Shown here piece by piece: positions 36,613 through 46,582 of a stretch of 62,000 nt of DNA (position 1 is the stretch's first letter; every line of letters starts with the position of its first letter). Source of the DNA: Vicugna vicugna (Eukaryota). A model generated the notes under the pieces. It saw nothing but the letters and a program-made list of their open reading frames with translations. It searched no databases and was not told where the DNA came from. The stretch spans positions 6,972,522 through 7,034,521 of the forward strand of contig MU058781.1 in assembly GCA_013265495.1 (NCBI GenBank), written 5' to 3'. Both the position numbers and the translations under genes were made by a program.

Positions 36613-37179
36613 CTGATCTCCTCTTCTAATAAAGACAGCAGTATCATTGGAATAGGACCTACCCTAGTGACCTCATTTTAACATAATTACCTCTTTAAAG
36701 ACACTGTCTTCAAATACAGTCACATTGTGATGTACCAGAAGTTAGGACTTCAACATATGAATTCTGGGAGGACACAAGTCAGCTCATAACACGCCTTAAG
36801 GGAGTCTTCGATGCACATTTTCACCAGGCATTAACCAAAAGGGGCAATCATTGCTTATTTTTTAAGTTTATTTTACTCACACTAGCATCATTGCCATGAG
36901 GTAATAGTGTGGCTCCTCCAGGTTGGTGGTCTGAGACACCAGCAAATGGGGCAGGAGATTTGGAATTAGCTGCGTTGCAGTGGGAAAGCTAGATTAGGAC
37001 CCTAAGTTGGGGGCAGCATGAGGCCACTGGGTACCTAAATGGGTCTGCTGCCAAAGAGGCTCATTTCTTTCTCACCCCATCCAGAGTACTGCATCATGAG
37101 CTACATGACTTGAGGGTGGGAAGAGGCAGGGAGAGTGGCAGGTGGAACTCAAGCAGGGCATTAAAGGGTTTTGGATCCT

Positions 37180-37820
37180 GCTTAACTTTCTTGTGGACTC
37201 CACTGAAAGCCCACCCATGAGCCACTGGGAGAGTCTCACCCACCGATGCCCCAGCTGGCCCACAGGCACCTCTAAACCTCAGTGCACATCACTCATACAC
37301 TCTCCAACCCTGTGGCCAGCTCCCTGTATGTGCTCCTCAAGCCAGCAGTGAGAATGACCTTTGGTAGATGGCTAGTGAGCATACACAGAAATCCAGCTCA
37401 AATCTGTGGGCCAGAGAGAGACCACAAACTTGAGTTGCAGCACCACTTTGGGGAACGAAAAAGGGAGGCTGTCAGAACCTGGCCCGTTGCATTGCAGGAC
37501 TGACAGAAGGCTTACAAGCTTAAGAATTCTGTTACAAGAAGAGCAAGAAGCATGGAGCAGATACATCATAGAAGGTCTAAAAAAGCCTCAGAATCATTAG
37601 CAGGGCTGATGGATGGTATTTGTCTCTCAAAGGCAGTTAATAAAGACTGTAGGAGGTGACTATTACTTCAAATGCAATGACAATAACATGAAACTTCAAA
37701 GAATATGAAAAATCAAGGAAACATTATACCACCAAGTTCACAATAATCTTCCAGTAACCAACCTCCAAAAGTAGAAGATCTATAACTTACCTGATAAAGA
37801 ATTTAAAATAGCTATTTTAA
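37180..37820 (+). mobile_element. Old L1M 5' UTR / ORF1 start fragment
   Basis: aaagactgtaggaggtgact..ttcaaatgca..atgaaaaatcaaggaaacattataccacc..cacaataatcttccagtaacc..acctgataaagaatttaaaatagctattt. Confidence 0.7.
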
Positions 37821-38243
37821 TGCATGCCCACTATCTTGAATTTTTAATTTCTTGCATGAAAATGAGCACAAATCGTAATTTATATTTATAAAATATTATA
37901 AGCTTATTTATCATTTATTGAATATTTACTATATGAAGCATAATCCTAGAAATGAAAGACACACTTTCTGCCCTTACTCACAGTTTGGTATGGCAGACAT
38001 ACAAGTAAACCAGTGCTTAAAATGTAGTAGGGTAAGGACTATGGAAGGGCCTGTAAAAACCACCATGGGGAATATGCAAGTACCCTCGCAGACAAGTGGG
38101 AATCTGTTGCATTGCATTTCAGTAAGAATATTAACCTGGGTGTGTGGGGTGCTTAATGCAGGTTATCTTTATATGTCGGTCATCCCTAGGGGTACGTTCA
38201 GAGACTTAGACTTAGAGAAATGCTAAGTTAAGAAGTTTATTGG

Positions 38244-38409
38244 GCTCTTCAATCCTTGGGGATTCATGGATGGGATTCAGTAGGATCATACACACTAGAA
38301 GATGTGAAAATTTTTGCATTTATGTATATGTGAGTCTTCTGAAGGGAGAGCTTATAGCTTGATCATATTCTTAAAAGGGTTGTGATTTCCATAAGGATTA
38401 GAACCATTG
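38244..38409. mobile_element. Charlie4z-like hAT MITE
   Basis: catggatgggattcag..tatgtatatgtg..gggagagcttatagcttgatcatattcttaaaagggttgtga..ttagaaccattg. Confidence 0.6.
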
Positions 38410-38729
38410 CTCTAATGTGTAAGCTGATGGAGGAGGAAGATGAATTGATGAAGAGGTGATCTTGTGGTTAGAATTGCTATTGGGATTTCCCCATTAATTC
38501 AAAAATAATCTGTGGTAGGTGAAAGATTAAAAAGTATTTTAAAATTAAACCACACTTTGCATATACTAGAGTACCTCAGTAAAGAAACTTAGGTTGAATT
38601 ATTTTATAAAGTAAAGAACGTAAGAAGAACATCTTTCTGTGTTCATATGTTCTGGGTGTTGTGTATAATCCTCCTATTGAGAAGCCATGGCCACCCTACT
38701 GCTGTCGCCATGACTACTGCTCCAATGAA

Positions 38730-38945
38730 TTCTATTAGAAGTTATCATTGAGTTTGTGCTGACCATGTCCACAGGCTCTATGTATGTTTTTCTGATTTTC
38801 ACAACAACTGTACATGGCAGTTATTGGAGATCAAGCCTCAGAGAGGTTAGGAAAGTGACTCTAGATAAGACAGGTAATATTCAGTGGGGCTAAGATTTGA
38901 ATTCAACATTGACAGATTCAAAAGTCTTCTGAAAGCTTTTTTCAT
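38730..38945 (-). mobile_element. MIR SINE
   Basis: ttttcacaacaactgt..gcctcagagaggttaggaaagtgactc..gctaagatttgaattca. Confidence 0.55.
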
Positions 38946-38974
38946 AGCATGATGATAATTTACTTGATGGTAAT

Positions 38975-39420
38975 GTGGTTTAGTCAAGGTGTTTCTGATC
39001 TCAAATAACTGAAATAAATTTGAACTATATTTAACAAAAAAGGAAAGTTTATTATGAGGACAAGGAGTGTTTTAAGGACCTCAAAGAGAGGAATGCAGCT
39101 GGCTTCTGGAAGAAACTGGAACTGAGAGCTGGAAAATCATTTTCTTTCTCCAACTCTTTATCTTCCTTCCTCTCTTGCACATCTGCTTTATTGTTCTCGC
39201 TCTGGTTTTTTCTGCTGCTCATATAGATGATGGAATATGGTTACTGTACAGCTTCAGTCAAGCACAGAGATCATCTGTCCCTAAATCCAAATTCCAAATT
39301 CCTGGTAGAGGAAATCTGATTGGCTCTGCTTCAAACAGACATCCATTCTGGGTCCAATCAGCTCTAGCGAAGGAGGCAGAATTACATCAGCCAAACATGG
39401 CTGCTGTGGGATTTGGAGGC
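38975..39420 (-). mobile_element. Old MLT1 (K/L/N-like) LTR
   Basis: tagtcaaggtgtttctgatctcaaataactgaaa..tttaacaaaaaaggaaagtttatt..aatctgattggctc..tccaatcagctct..aacatggctgc. Confidence 0.55.
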
Positions 39421-41354
39421 ACCATCCTTTCCTGGTAGGAATGTCTGACTCTTGTCTTTTCTCTGTCATCTGGTTTGACTACAGCCGATTCTGGGTGCTT
39501 TAATTGTTACATGGAGAAGTCTAAGAGTTTCCCCTCCAGGTTTGACCTGTGATTATAGCTCTTTGAAGAGAAAAGAAGACTAGGATAGGCTTGGCCAATG
39601 TGTTGTCCTATCAGTGATCATCCCCATTTGAGGTACATTGTCATTGTCCCCTCAGTCTTACTCACCATAGCTCAGTTCCCTTTACACAGACATACACACA
39701 CTTACATAGGAGTATGGTTACAGTTTCTGCTGCAAAGAAACTTACCTTCTTGGAACTTAACTTTTGCCTTAAGCTGCAATGGCAGCAATTCCACTGACTG
39801 CCAATATAAAGGGAATAAAACCTTCCTCCAACCTTCTGTCTTTGCTGTCCCTTTAGTGATCATGTTAAGAGTCCCTTCCCCAATAGTCACTACTTATCAA
39901 GAAGTGAGTCCACGTGCTCTCATTGGGCATAGTGAGAAGAATAAATCCACCTAGGGCTCTTAGGAACAGGTGGTGGTCACCAACTCCTTGCTCAGTTGAA
40001 ACAGCTTCTCAGGAAGGAGGTCAGATCTCAGCATCCAGTTATACACATGTGTACTTTCTATACATTCTTCTGCAGCTGTAAAGAGAAACTCAAGGGGAAA
40101 CGTTTATTGTTACATTTTTTTATAGATGACCCAAACTTGTGAATATTAAGTGTTCCAAAAGTTTGTTTGCAGGTCAGTGGTTTAGAACTTGGAACTCATT
40201 TTACTATGGAAACAATATGGTACTTGCTAGTTTAGGTTTCTAGCCAAACTATAAATGATCCTTTGGTCTACAGCAGAGCTGAAATGGTCTCCTTGCCCTA
40301 AAAATTAGAGTCTGGACTCTTCTATGTCTAAAGCCCTGAATTCACTAGCTTCCTAAATACTAACTCCCCTACATTTCTCTTAAGTTTGATTCTATCTGGA
40401 CTTTCCATTTTTTTCTCACTCTAAAGAAAGCAGAGAGAAACCATGGAAGTGTGCGGGTGGTTGATAGTTGTGGGTGCCAGGTATTGAAAGATGCAGTCGG
40501 ACTAGATGGCAGAAAAGGGAGGGTAGGGTGGAGAGCAGTGACTTTGACATCCTTAGTGACTCCCGTAGGAAAAACAGGGAAGTCTGGGGAGGAGGAACAG
40601 AGAGGCAAGAATCACGGGTTGCAACATTTGATAAACAGGAGTTGTCATTCGTTAGTCAATGCCTGTGTGTAAAATATTTATGAACTATTTTTTCTTATAT
40701 GCAGTTGAGTTGTTCTTTCCCTTTGAGTAGCCCGTAGTAAAATTAATAATGAATTTTACAGTATCCCCATTTGTTTAGCGGATTCCTGAGCTCACCTCCC
40801 TGGGGTGAGGCAGGATGTCTGCATAGAAGTCCAGCCAGACAATGGGAAGATGTGCATGGCCGTGCTATGTAATCACTGTGTGCCTTCGTGGGGCTCTTGC
40901 ATTCATGGCTTTAGCAAATGATTTCAGCCCCTTTTTTGACTTGGACCCAGACAACTTCACATTCTCAGCGAAACAGATGAACAACAAGGCTGAAACAGGA
41001 TCTCGTACTAAAATAGTCTTTGAGTCATACTCTTTGACCACTCACACTTCCAGGAAACTTGCCCTTTCCTTCTTGCAGAAGGTGATGCTGAGAAGTAACC
41101 TACTCAGAGTTGCTGAATTCTCTTCTCAATGTATGCTTTTTTGTTCTCGGTCGAGATTAGGGTTTTGCTAAGATTAGGAGTACTGCTGTCTAATTTGTTT
41201 TGGCACGACACCTGACTTTTTGCCTAAAGTAGGTGTTTAAAAAAAATAGAATGAAAAGTTTTACATCAACCTTCTGTTTCTGTCCTCCTTCCAGAAAAGA
41301 TCCTGATGGGAGAACAAGGGGAGCTTGATTCCACCTATAAGTTGATTTTGGGGA

Positions 41355-41560
41355 AGCAAGAGTGTTGGAACAGGAAATCACTTGACTTGGTTCTTCGTTC
41401 TAGTTCAAGTTATGCCAATAACTGCTTGTTTGACCCAAGGAAAGTCAGTTCATTTTTCAGTGCTCAGTTTTCTCATCTGTAATTGTACAACTTCAGCTGA
41501 ATGGTGGTTGTGTGTATTCAATGAGAGGATGTTTGTGAAGGCACTAAGTTGATGTCACAT
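41355..41560 (+). mobile_element. MIR SINE
   Basis: ttctagttc..tgccaataactgcttgtttgaccc..ctcagttttctcatctgtaa..ggttgtgtgtattcaatgag. Confidence 0.7.
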
Positions 41561-42118
41561 TGCTATAGCAACCTAGGTTTTGATTAGTTTTTAGAGGTTA
41601 GAACTATCCTTACTCTATAACAAAACAGTCTGTATTATAATATATTGTAGCAAGGATTAATTCACTTAAAGATTTATTTATAAACCTAGGGTATTGTGCT
41701 CAATGCCTTTTACTCAGTCCTTCTAGGAAAGGGGTGATAATGTTCACTCCTTTGTCATTTCATCCTCCATTTGAGTTTCTTGAATGCAGTTTAAAATAAA
41801 GCATAGCATAGTTCAGGGCATGGGGTGGATCTCAGTGCCTCGGCTTACGTAGGGGCATTTATTGTTACCATGTTTTCTGATAAGTGGCATAAGCTGTTGT
41901 GATATCAACATCTGGAGCAACTGGAACTGTTAAACTGAAACAATCAGCATGAACTGGGCAGGTGGCCACCCACGTTTACCGCATTCTTTTGAGGATGATG
42001 GTGTCTGATTTCTGCTCCCTCATTTCCAATTTCAGTAGCTGTAGGCACGTACTGCAACATCTATGTTGTCCAAGGTCCTCTAGGAACCTGTGGAAAAATT
42101 GCAGATTAAAAAAGATTG

Positions 42119-42215
42119 GAATATGAAAACGAATATATGTATGTATATGCATGACTGGGACACTGCTGTATACCAGAAATGGACACGTTGTAACTGACGG
42201 TACTTCAATTAAAAA
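42119..42215 (+). mobile_element. Lineage-specific L1 3' end (~95 bp)
   Basis: gaatatgaaaacgaatatatgtatgtatatgcatgactgggacactgctgtataccagaaatggacacgttgtaactgac..cttcaattaaaaa. Confidence 0.85.
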
Positions 42216-42829
42216 GAAGACTTGAATTTTTTCTCAGGATTTTAGTAACAATATGTAATAATACTGGTCAGTCTGAAAACTTTCGTCTCTGTTGGACAAA
42301 GAGGATATAATTTTGGATTGGTGGTTTTCCGCATAACCACTGAAGAGAGTTTCGGCCTGTCTGTCTGTGTTAGTCATAGGAAAGGAAGACAGAGTCTTGC
42401 CAAGGGCCCCCTATTCCCTGCTCACCTCATTTCTGTTTGGTATGTTACCGTCTTACATGACTGAACAATTTATCTTTATTCACTAATGCCTGTCAGAGCA
42501 GTCATAAAATACCCTTTTGGTCTTTACATAAAATTTGAAAGTTTTAACATGTCACTAATAAGCCTCTTTGGGTTTAAGAAAGCACTGGGCATTAACAACG
42601 ATTAGGAATAAAGTTAGGATTGACTTTCTATGATTGTTGTTTGCTTCTATAGTAGCTTGAACAGGTTTAAAAATGAGTCATTTTAAAGTTTTTTTTTTTT
42701 AAATCAAATGCCTTGGCTGGAGCAATTTTTTCTGCCATCAACACAGCTTATCTGTTGTCCATCTGTCTACCTGTGCCCATGCAATAGCTTTTTCCCAGCC
42801 TCCTCCCTGTTGGCTTCTCACACTTCTAC

Positions 42830-43030
42830 CCATTAAACTCTTCCTGTCCTTCAGGGCGGGGCTCCACAGCTGCCTTCCTGGATCCAGGTGGCACTGCTCT
42901 GACTGGTATATGTGACTCTCTTTTCCTATACCGCTTGAAGTCTTATATTTTATTTATATTTGTATTCCCAGCACCTAATAAAGAACCTGGTAGATAATAG
43001 GAGCTTAATAAATGTTTACTGAATGAAGGA
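42830..43030 (+). mobile_element. L2 3' end
   Basis: ttgtattcccagcacctaa..cctggtagataataggagcttaataaatgtttactgaatgaa. Confidence 0.7.
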
Positions 43031-43236
43031 ATGGGTGCTCTAATAGGGTAAGAGCTCTGTACTAAGGAAGACCAGAGGATGCCCTCTAACCGGATGGGGG
43101 AGGAGGTAGGTGTCCCAGAAAAGATATATTTTGAGTGACATTTTGGGAGATGAAGAACTATTCATCAGGTGAAAAAGGTGGGGGAAGAATGACCTTGGCA
43201 AATAGAGAATCATTTGTGAAATGGAATTTGTGAATG

Positions 43237-43434
43237 AGATAAATAACAAGTTTCTACTGTATAGCACAGGGAACTATATTCAATATCTTGTAGTAACTTA
43301 TGGTTAAAAAGAATTTGAAAATGAATATATGTATGTTCCTATATGACTGAAGTATTGTGTGCACACCAGAAATTGACACATTGTAAACTGACTTTACTTC
43401 AATAAAAAAATACATATATATTAAAAAAAAAAAA
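43237..43434 (+). mobile_element. Lineage-specific L1 3' end (~200 bp) inside a - strand L2 remnant
   Basis: aacaagtttctactgtatagcacagggaactatattcaatatcttgtagtaac..caccagaaattgacacattgtaaactgac..cttcaataaaaaaa followed by an A-tail. Confidence 0.88.
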
Positions 43435-45099
43435 GAAATTCGGAGTGCCTGAAAATAGCTTAGCATGGCGGAAGCTTAGATGTAAAGTGAAAAGGGCAGA
43501 AGGTGAGTCTAAAAAAGAAGGCGGGTTATATGTTACTTCGAATTTTGTGCCAATTAAATTATTTAGGTTATTAGTTAGAATTACCTTTGTGATGCACTGG
43601 TTGTATAATACCAAGTGGGATTAGATCTCATGAGGTCATTTGATTAATACTTAGGTAACAATTTAATTACTTCTTAGGTAACAATTATTTCAAAGTAAAT
43701 GGATGGGTATATTGGCCCCTGTTTGAAACAAAAATTTGCTGAAATCACAGCCTGCAATCTTAGAAGTTTTTACGGATTCTTCCTAACTTAGAGGTCAAAA
43801 TACTGGAATCTTAATTTAACCCTCAGTGGATTATATCATGAGAGAACTCTGTAGCCAAACTTACGTTTTAGTGAGCCTTTTCTGTATATCAGTTACTAAC
43901 CAATTTAATAATGCAAGTAGATAAACAAATTATTTTCTGTAATGATGACTTTTGTGAAGATTAAAAGAGATAATGTATGCAAAATGCTTAGTACTAAGGA
44001 CCTTGCCTGGCACACAGTAGGTGCTCAAGAAGGTAATCTATTTCTTTCTCAAACTCACCAGGCCTGCGGAAGTTTCCACTTTACCTTTTTGAACTTTCAG
44101 GAGAAACTTTAAGAAAACAACACCCTGCTTCCAAGTGTATCTTTGCTGAAATAGCTGCTAATTCTTTTGTAAGACTTTGGAATTTCCTTGGTGATTTTAA
44201 ACAAGATTTCCTCTCTTCAATGTGCTCATTGTCTGAGTCTTAGGTCACCAAGGCTGATCTGATTTGAGCACAGAATCTTCAAAGCTTTGGTGGGACTAAA
44301 TATTTTAACAGTTACTTGCATTTAAAATATTTCTAGCCTCTTTCAACTCCTGATTTCAGTGAATCATGCTGAGGCACTCTTGATATGCAAGGTAAATGTG
44401 TTTCTCTTGGATTTATAGATGGACAGCAGGTCTGCCTGATGCTTATGAGTGTCTATTGATAATGAGGAGGAATTGAGATGGCATGTTGAAAATGAATACT
44501 TAAGCGAGGTGCTTGCTGGGCACCATTCAGAAGTATTGCATGTCTTTGGTTTGTTTTGATTAAATTCCTAGGTGATACAATCATCTGGCTGTTAAAAATA
44601 ATTAATTGCCTTGTTTTCTACCTCGAGCTGTGATGGTTCCAGATTTGCAAGTTAGAATTCTTTTGTAACATGAGCCATTGTTACTACTTGGGGTTAGCCT
44701 TCAGGTAAGCAGGGCAGGTTACCTGGTCACATCACCAAGTCACCTTTCAGGGAGCATTTCTTTGGAGATGTGCAACTTTCCAAACCCTAGTTACTAGAAA
44801 TAGAATTAATAAGCTACTTTGGCCAAAAACAAGCAAAACTATAACAAATATAAAAAGTAGAGTTTTTTTAAGGTCACATTCCCTCATCATAACCCAATTA
44901 AATTAGAAATTAATAATAAAAATATGACCGCCCCCCAAACCTCTTGGATACTAAGAAATGCTCTCCCAGATAAACTTTTGATAAAAGAATAAATCAAAGA
45001 GAAAGCAATAAAAAATTATACTTTATATCTAAATCTTTAGGGCATAACATATAACCAAAACTTTACTCAAAGGGAAACTTTTAACTATATATATATATA

Positions 45100-45232
45100 A
45101 ATTATTCATTTATGTATTTTTAATTTTTGGGGGGGGAGGTAATAGGTTTTTATTTACTTATTTTTAATGGAGGTGCTGGGGATTGAACCCAGGACCTTGT
45201 GCATGCTAGGCACACACTCTACCAGAGCTATA
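45100..45232 (-). mobile_element. Vic-1-type SINE (long form, 5' tip missing, no clear TSD)
   Basis: ggaggtaataggtttt..aatggaggtgctggggattgaacccaggaccttgtgcatgctaggcacacactctaccagagctata. Confidence 0.9.
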
Positions 45233-46582
45233 ACTGCACATACAACTCATTATTTCTTTCAAACAAACTGCAATGGAAATAGAAATAATTGCCAAATTTT
45301 ACAAATATTTTTTCTACATTCACTAAATAGTTGAACCTACATCATTTTTGTGATGAAGCTGCTGTTGAATATAAAAAATCCTTCAGCATGCAGTATGAGT
45401 TTTCTCTTTTTGGAGTCCATTGTGAGTCAGATTTTAGAAATGTTTTGAATCTTTGAAGAACTGCTTTGTAAATCAATGCCCATGGATATAGTATTGACTG
45501 TTTTTTGCAAAGAGTCTTCTAATTTTGGCTTGACTTTTGTTTGAAACCAGTTGGAAATTTTTAATCAAAGCTAACAGAGCAAGAAAAATATCCAGCTTTT
45601 GAAGCTGTACAAATTGCTGTTACGGAACACAAAGCTTGTAAATAGGAAGGCACTAGAATTTACCCTTAGAAATACAAGGTAGGAGCTGAGCAAATTAAAT
45701 AAGAACTCAAATGCGGTATACAGGATTTAATTTTGAAATTTTGTAGTTGCACGTGGAATATCTGGACTTGTGGGAAGAATCTTTTCGTAGAAGTACTATT
45801 TCTGATAGGAAAAATTTGTTTTTTAATCAGAATTCAAAATAGATTGAAGACCTGTCATTTCAGGGTATCTAATTTTGGTGAAACTAAAAAGGATCATAAA
45901 TAAATACAATTTAATTGAGGTATTTGGTTTGTATCAATATTTCTCAAAGGTATTACATGCAAAAATGCAGTGTCTTTATAAATGCTTTTCATGAGAGAAC
46001 TTAAAAAAATAATCCATTTAGTAGAATTCTCCTAATTAATTCATAAGAGAATTAAGAAAATACTCCATTTAGTAGAATTTTCTCTGAGCTTACTAGGTAC
46101 TTGAGCACTCAGGAGAGTATCTTCTCAATTAAAAATATTAAGGTCTACAGAAAAGAGTAAATTGAAGGTGTCAATGATTTCTTAGTTTTCAACTATGAAA
46201 TGTGCCTTTGAAGGAATTTTTATTTAAAAAAAATCATATTGATAATATAACATCCTTCATAGAAAGAGCAATGACCCAGTATTAGTGACAAACTGATTAA
46301 AGTACTTGAATATCTGCCAAGAATAATTTTCCTTGTCATATTTTTAATATTAAGATAAATAACATACAGAAGTTTTTAAAAATTAATAAATACAAACTTT
46401 TTTTGTTTTATTTTTGAAAACAATTTTTGAATTGAACTATTTTCTCAGTCTACCAATATAATAAAACCAGTTATTTTGTCAATTAATGTATATTTTAAAA
46501 GTTATGCAGTTTTAATTGTTTATTAGCTGCTGCTTTTATTCTGAGTGTCCTGGTTTGAATAAAGAATTTTATGGTCATTCTG
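45233..46582 (+). mobile_element. BLACKJACK hAT fossil, 3' half
   Basis: Collinear with the reverse complement of about 12250-9752 (e.g. tttttgtgatgaag, tccatttag(t/c)agaattt, tacaga(a/g)aagagt). Terminus gtgtcctggtttgaataaagaattttatggtcattctg. Confidence 0.8.

Larger units (their letters stand above)
34944..36791 (-). mobile_element. MLT1B-type solo LTR split by the 35165-36612 insertion
   Basis: gtattaatttgctagagctgcc..ctgggtggcttaaacaacagaaatttattttctcacag..tgtcctgatctcctctt | ..gacctcattttaacataattacctctttaaagac..ggacttcaacatatgaatt..cataaca. Confidence 0.9.

Noticed and set aside
37482..37820. Purine-rich exon-like stretch after gttgcattgcag
   Set aside because: Explained as the 5' UTR / ORF1 start of an old L1M.
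44572..44704. Candidate 133-nt exon (ttcctag ... CAG|GTAAGC)
   Set aside because: The phase-1 frame I checked hits a stop and nothing else supports it; such pseudo-exons are common in long introns.
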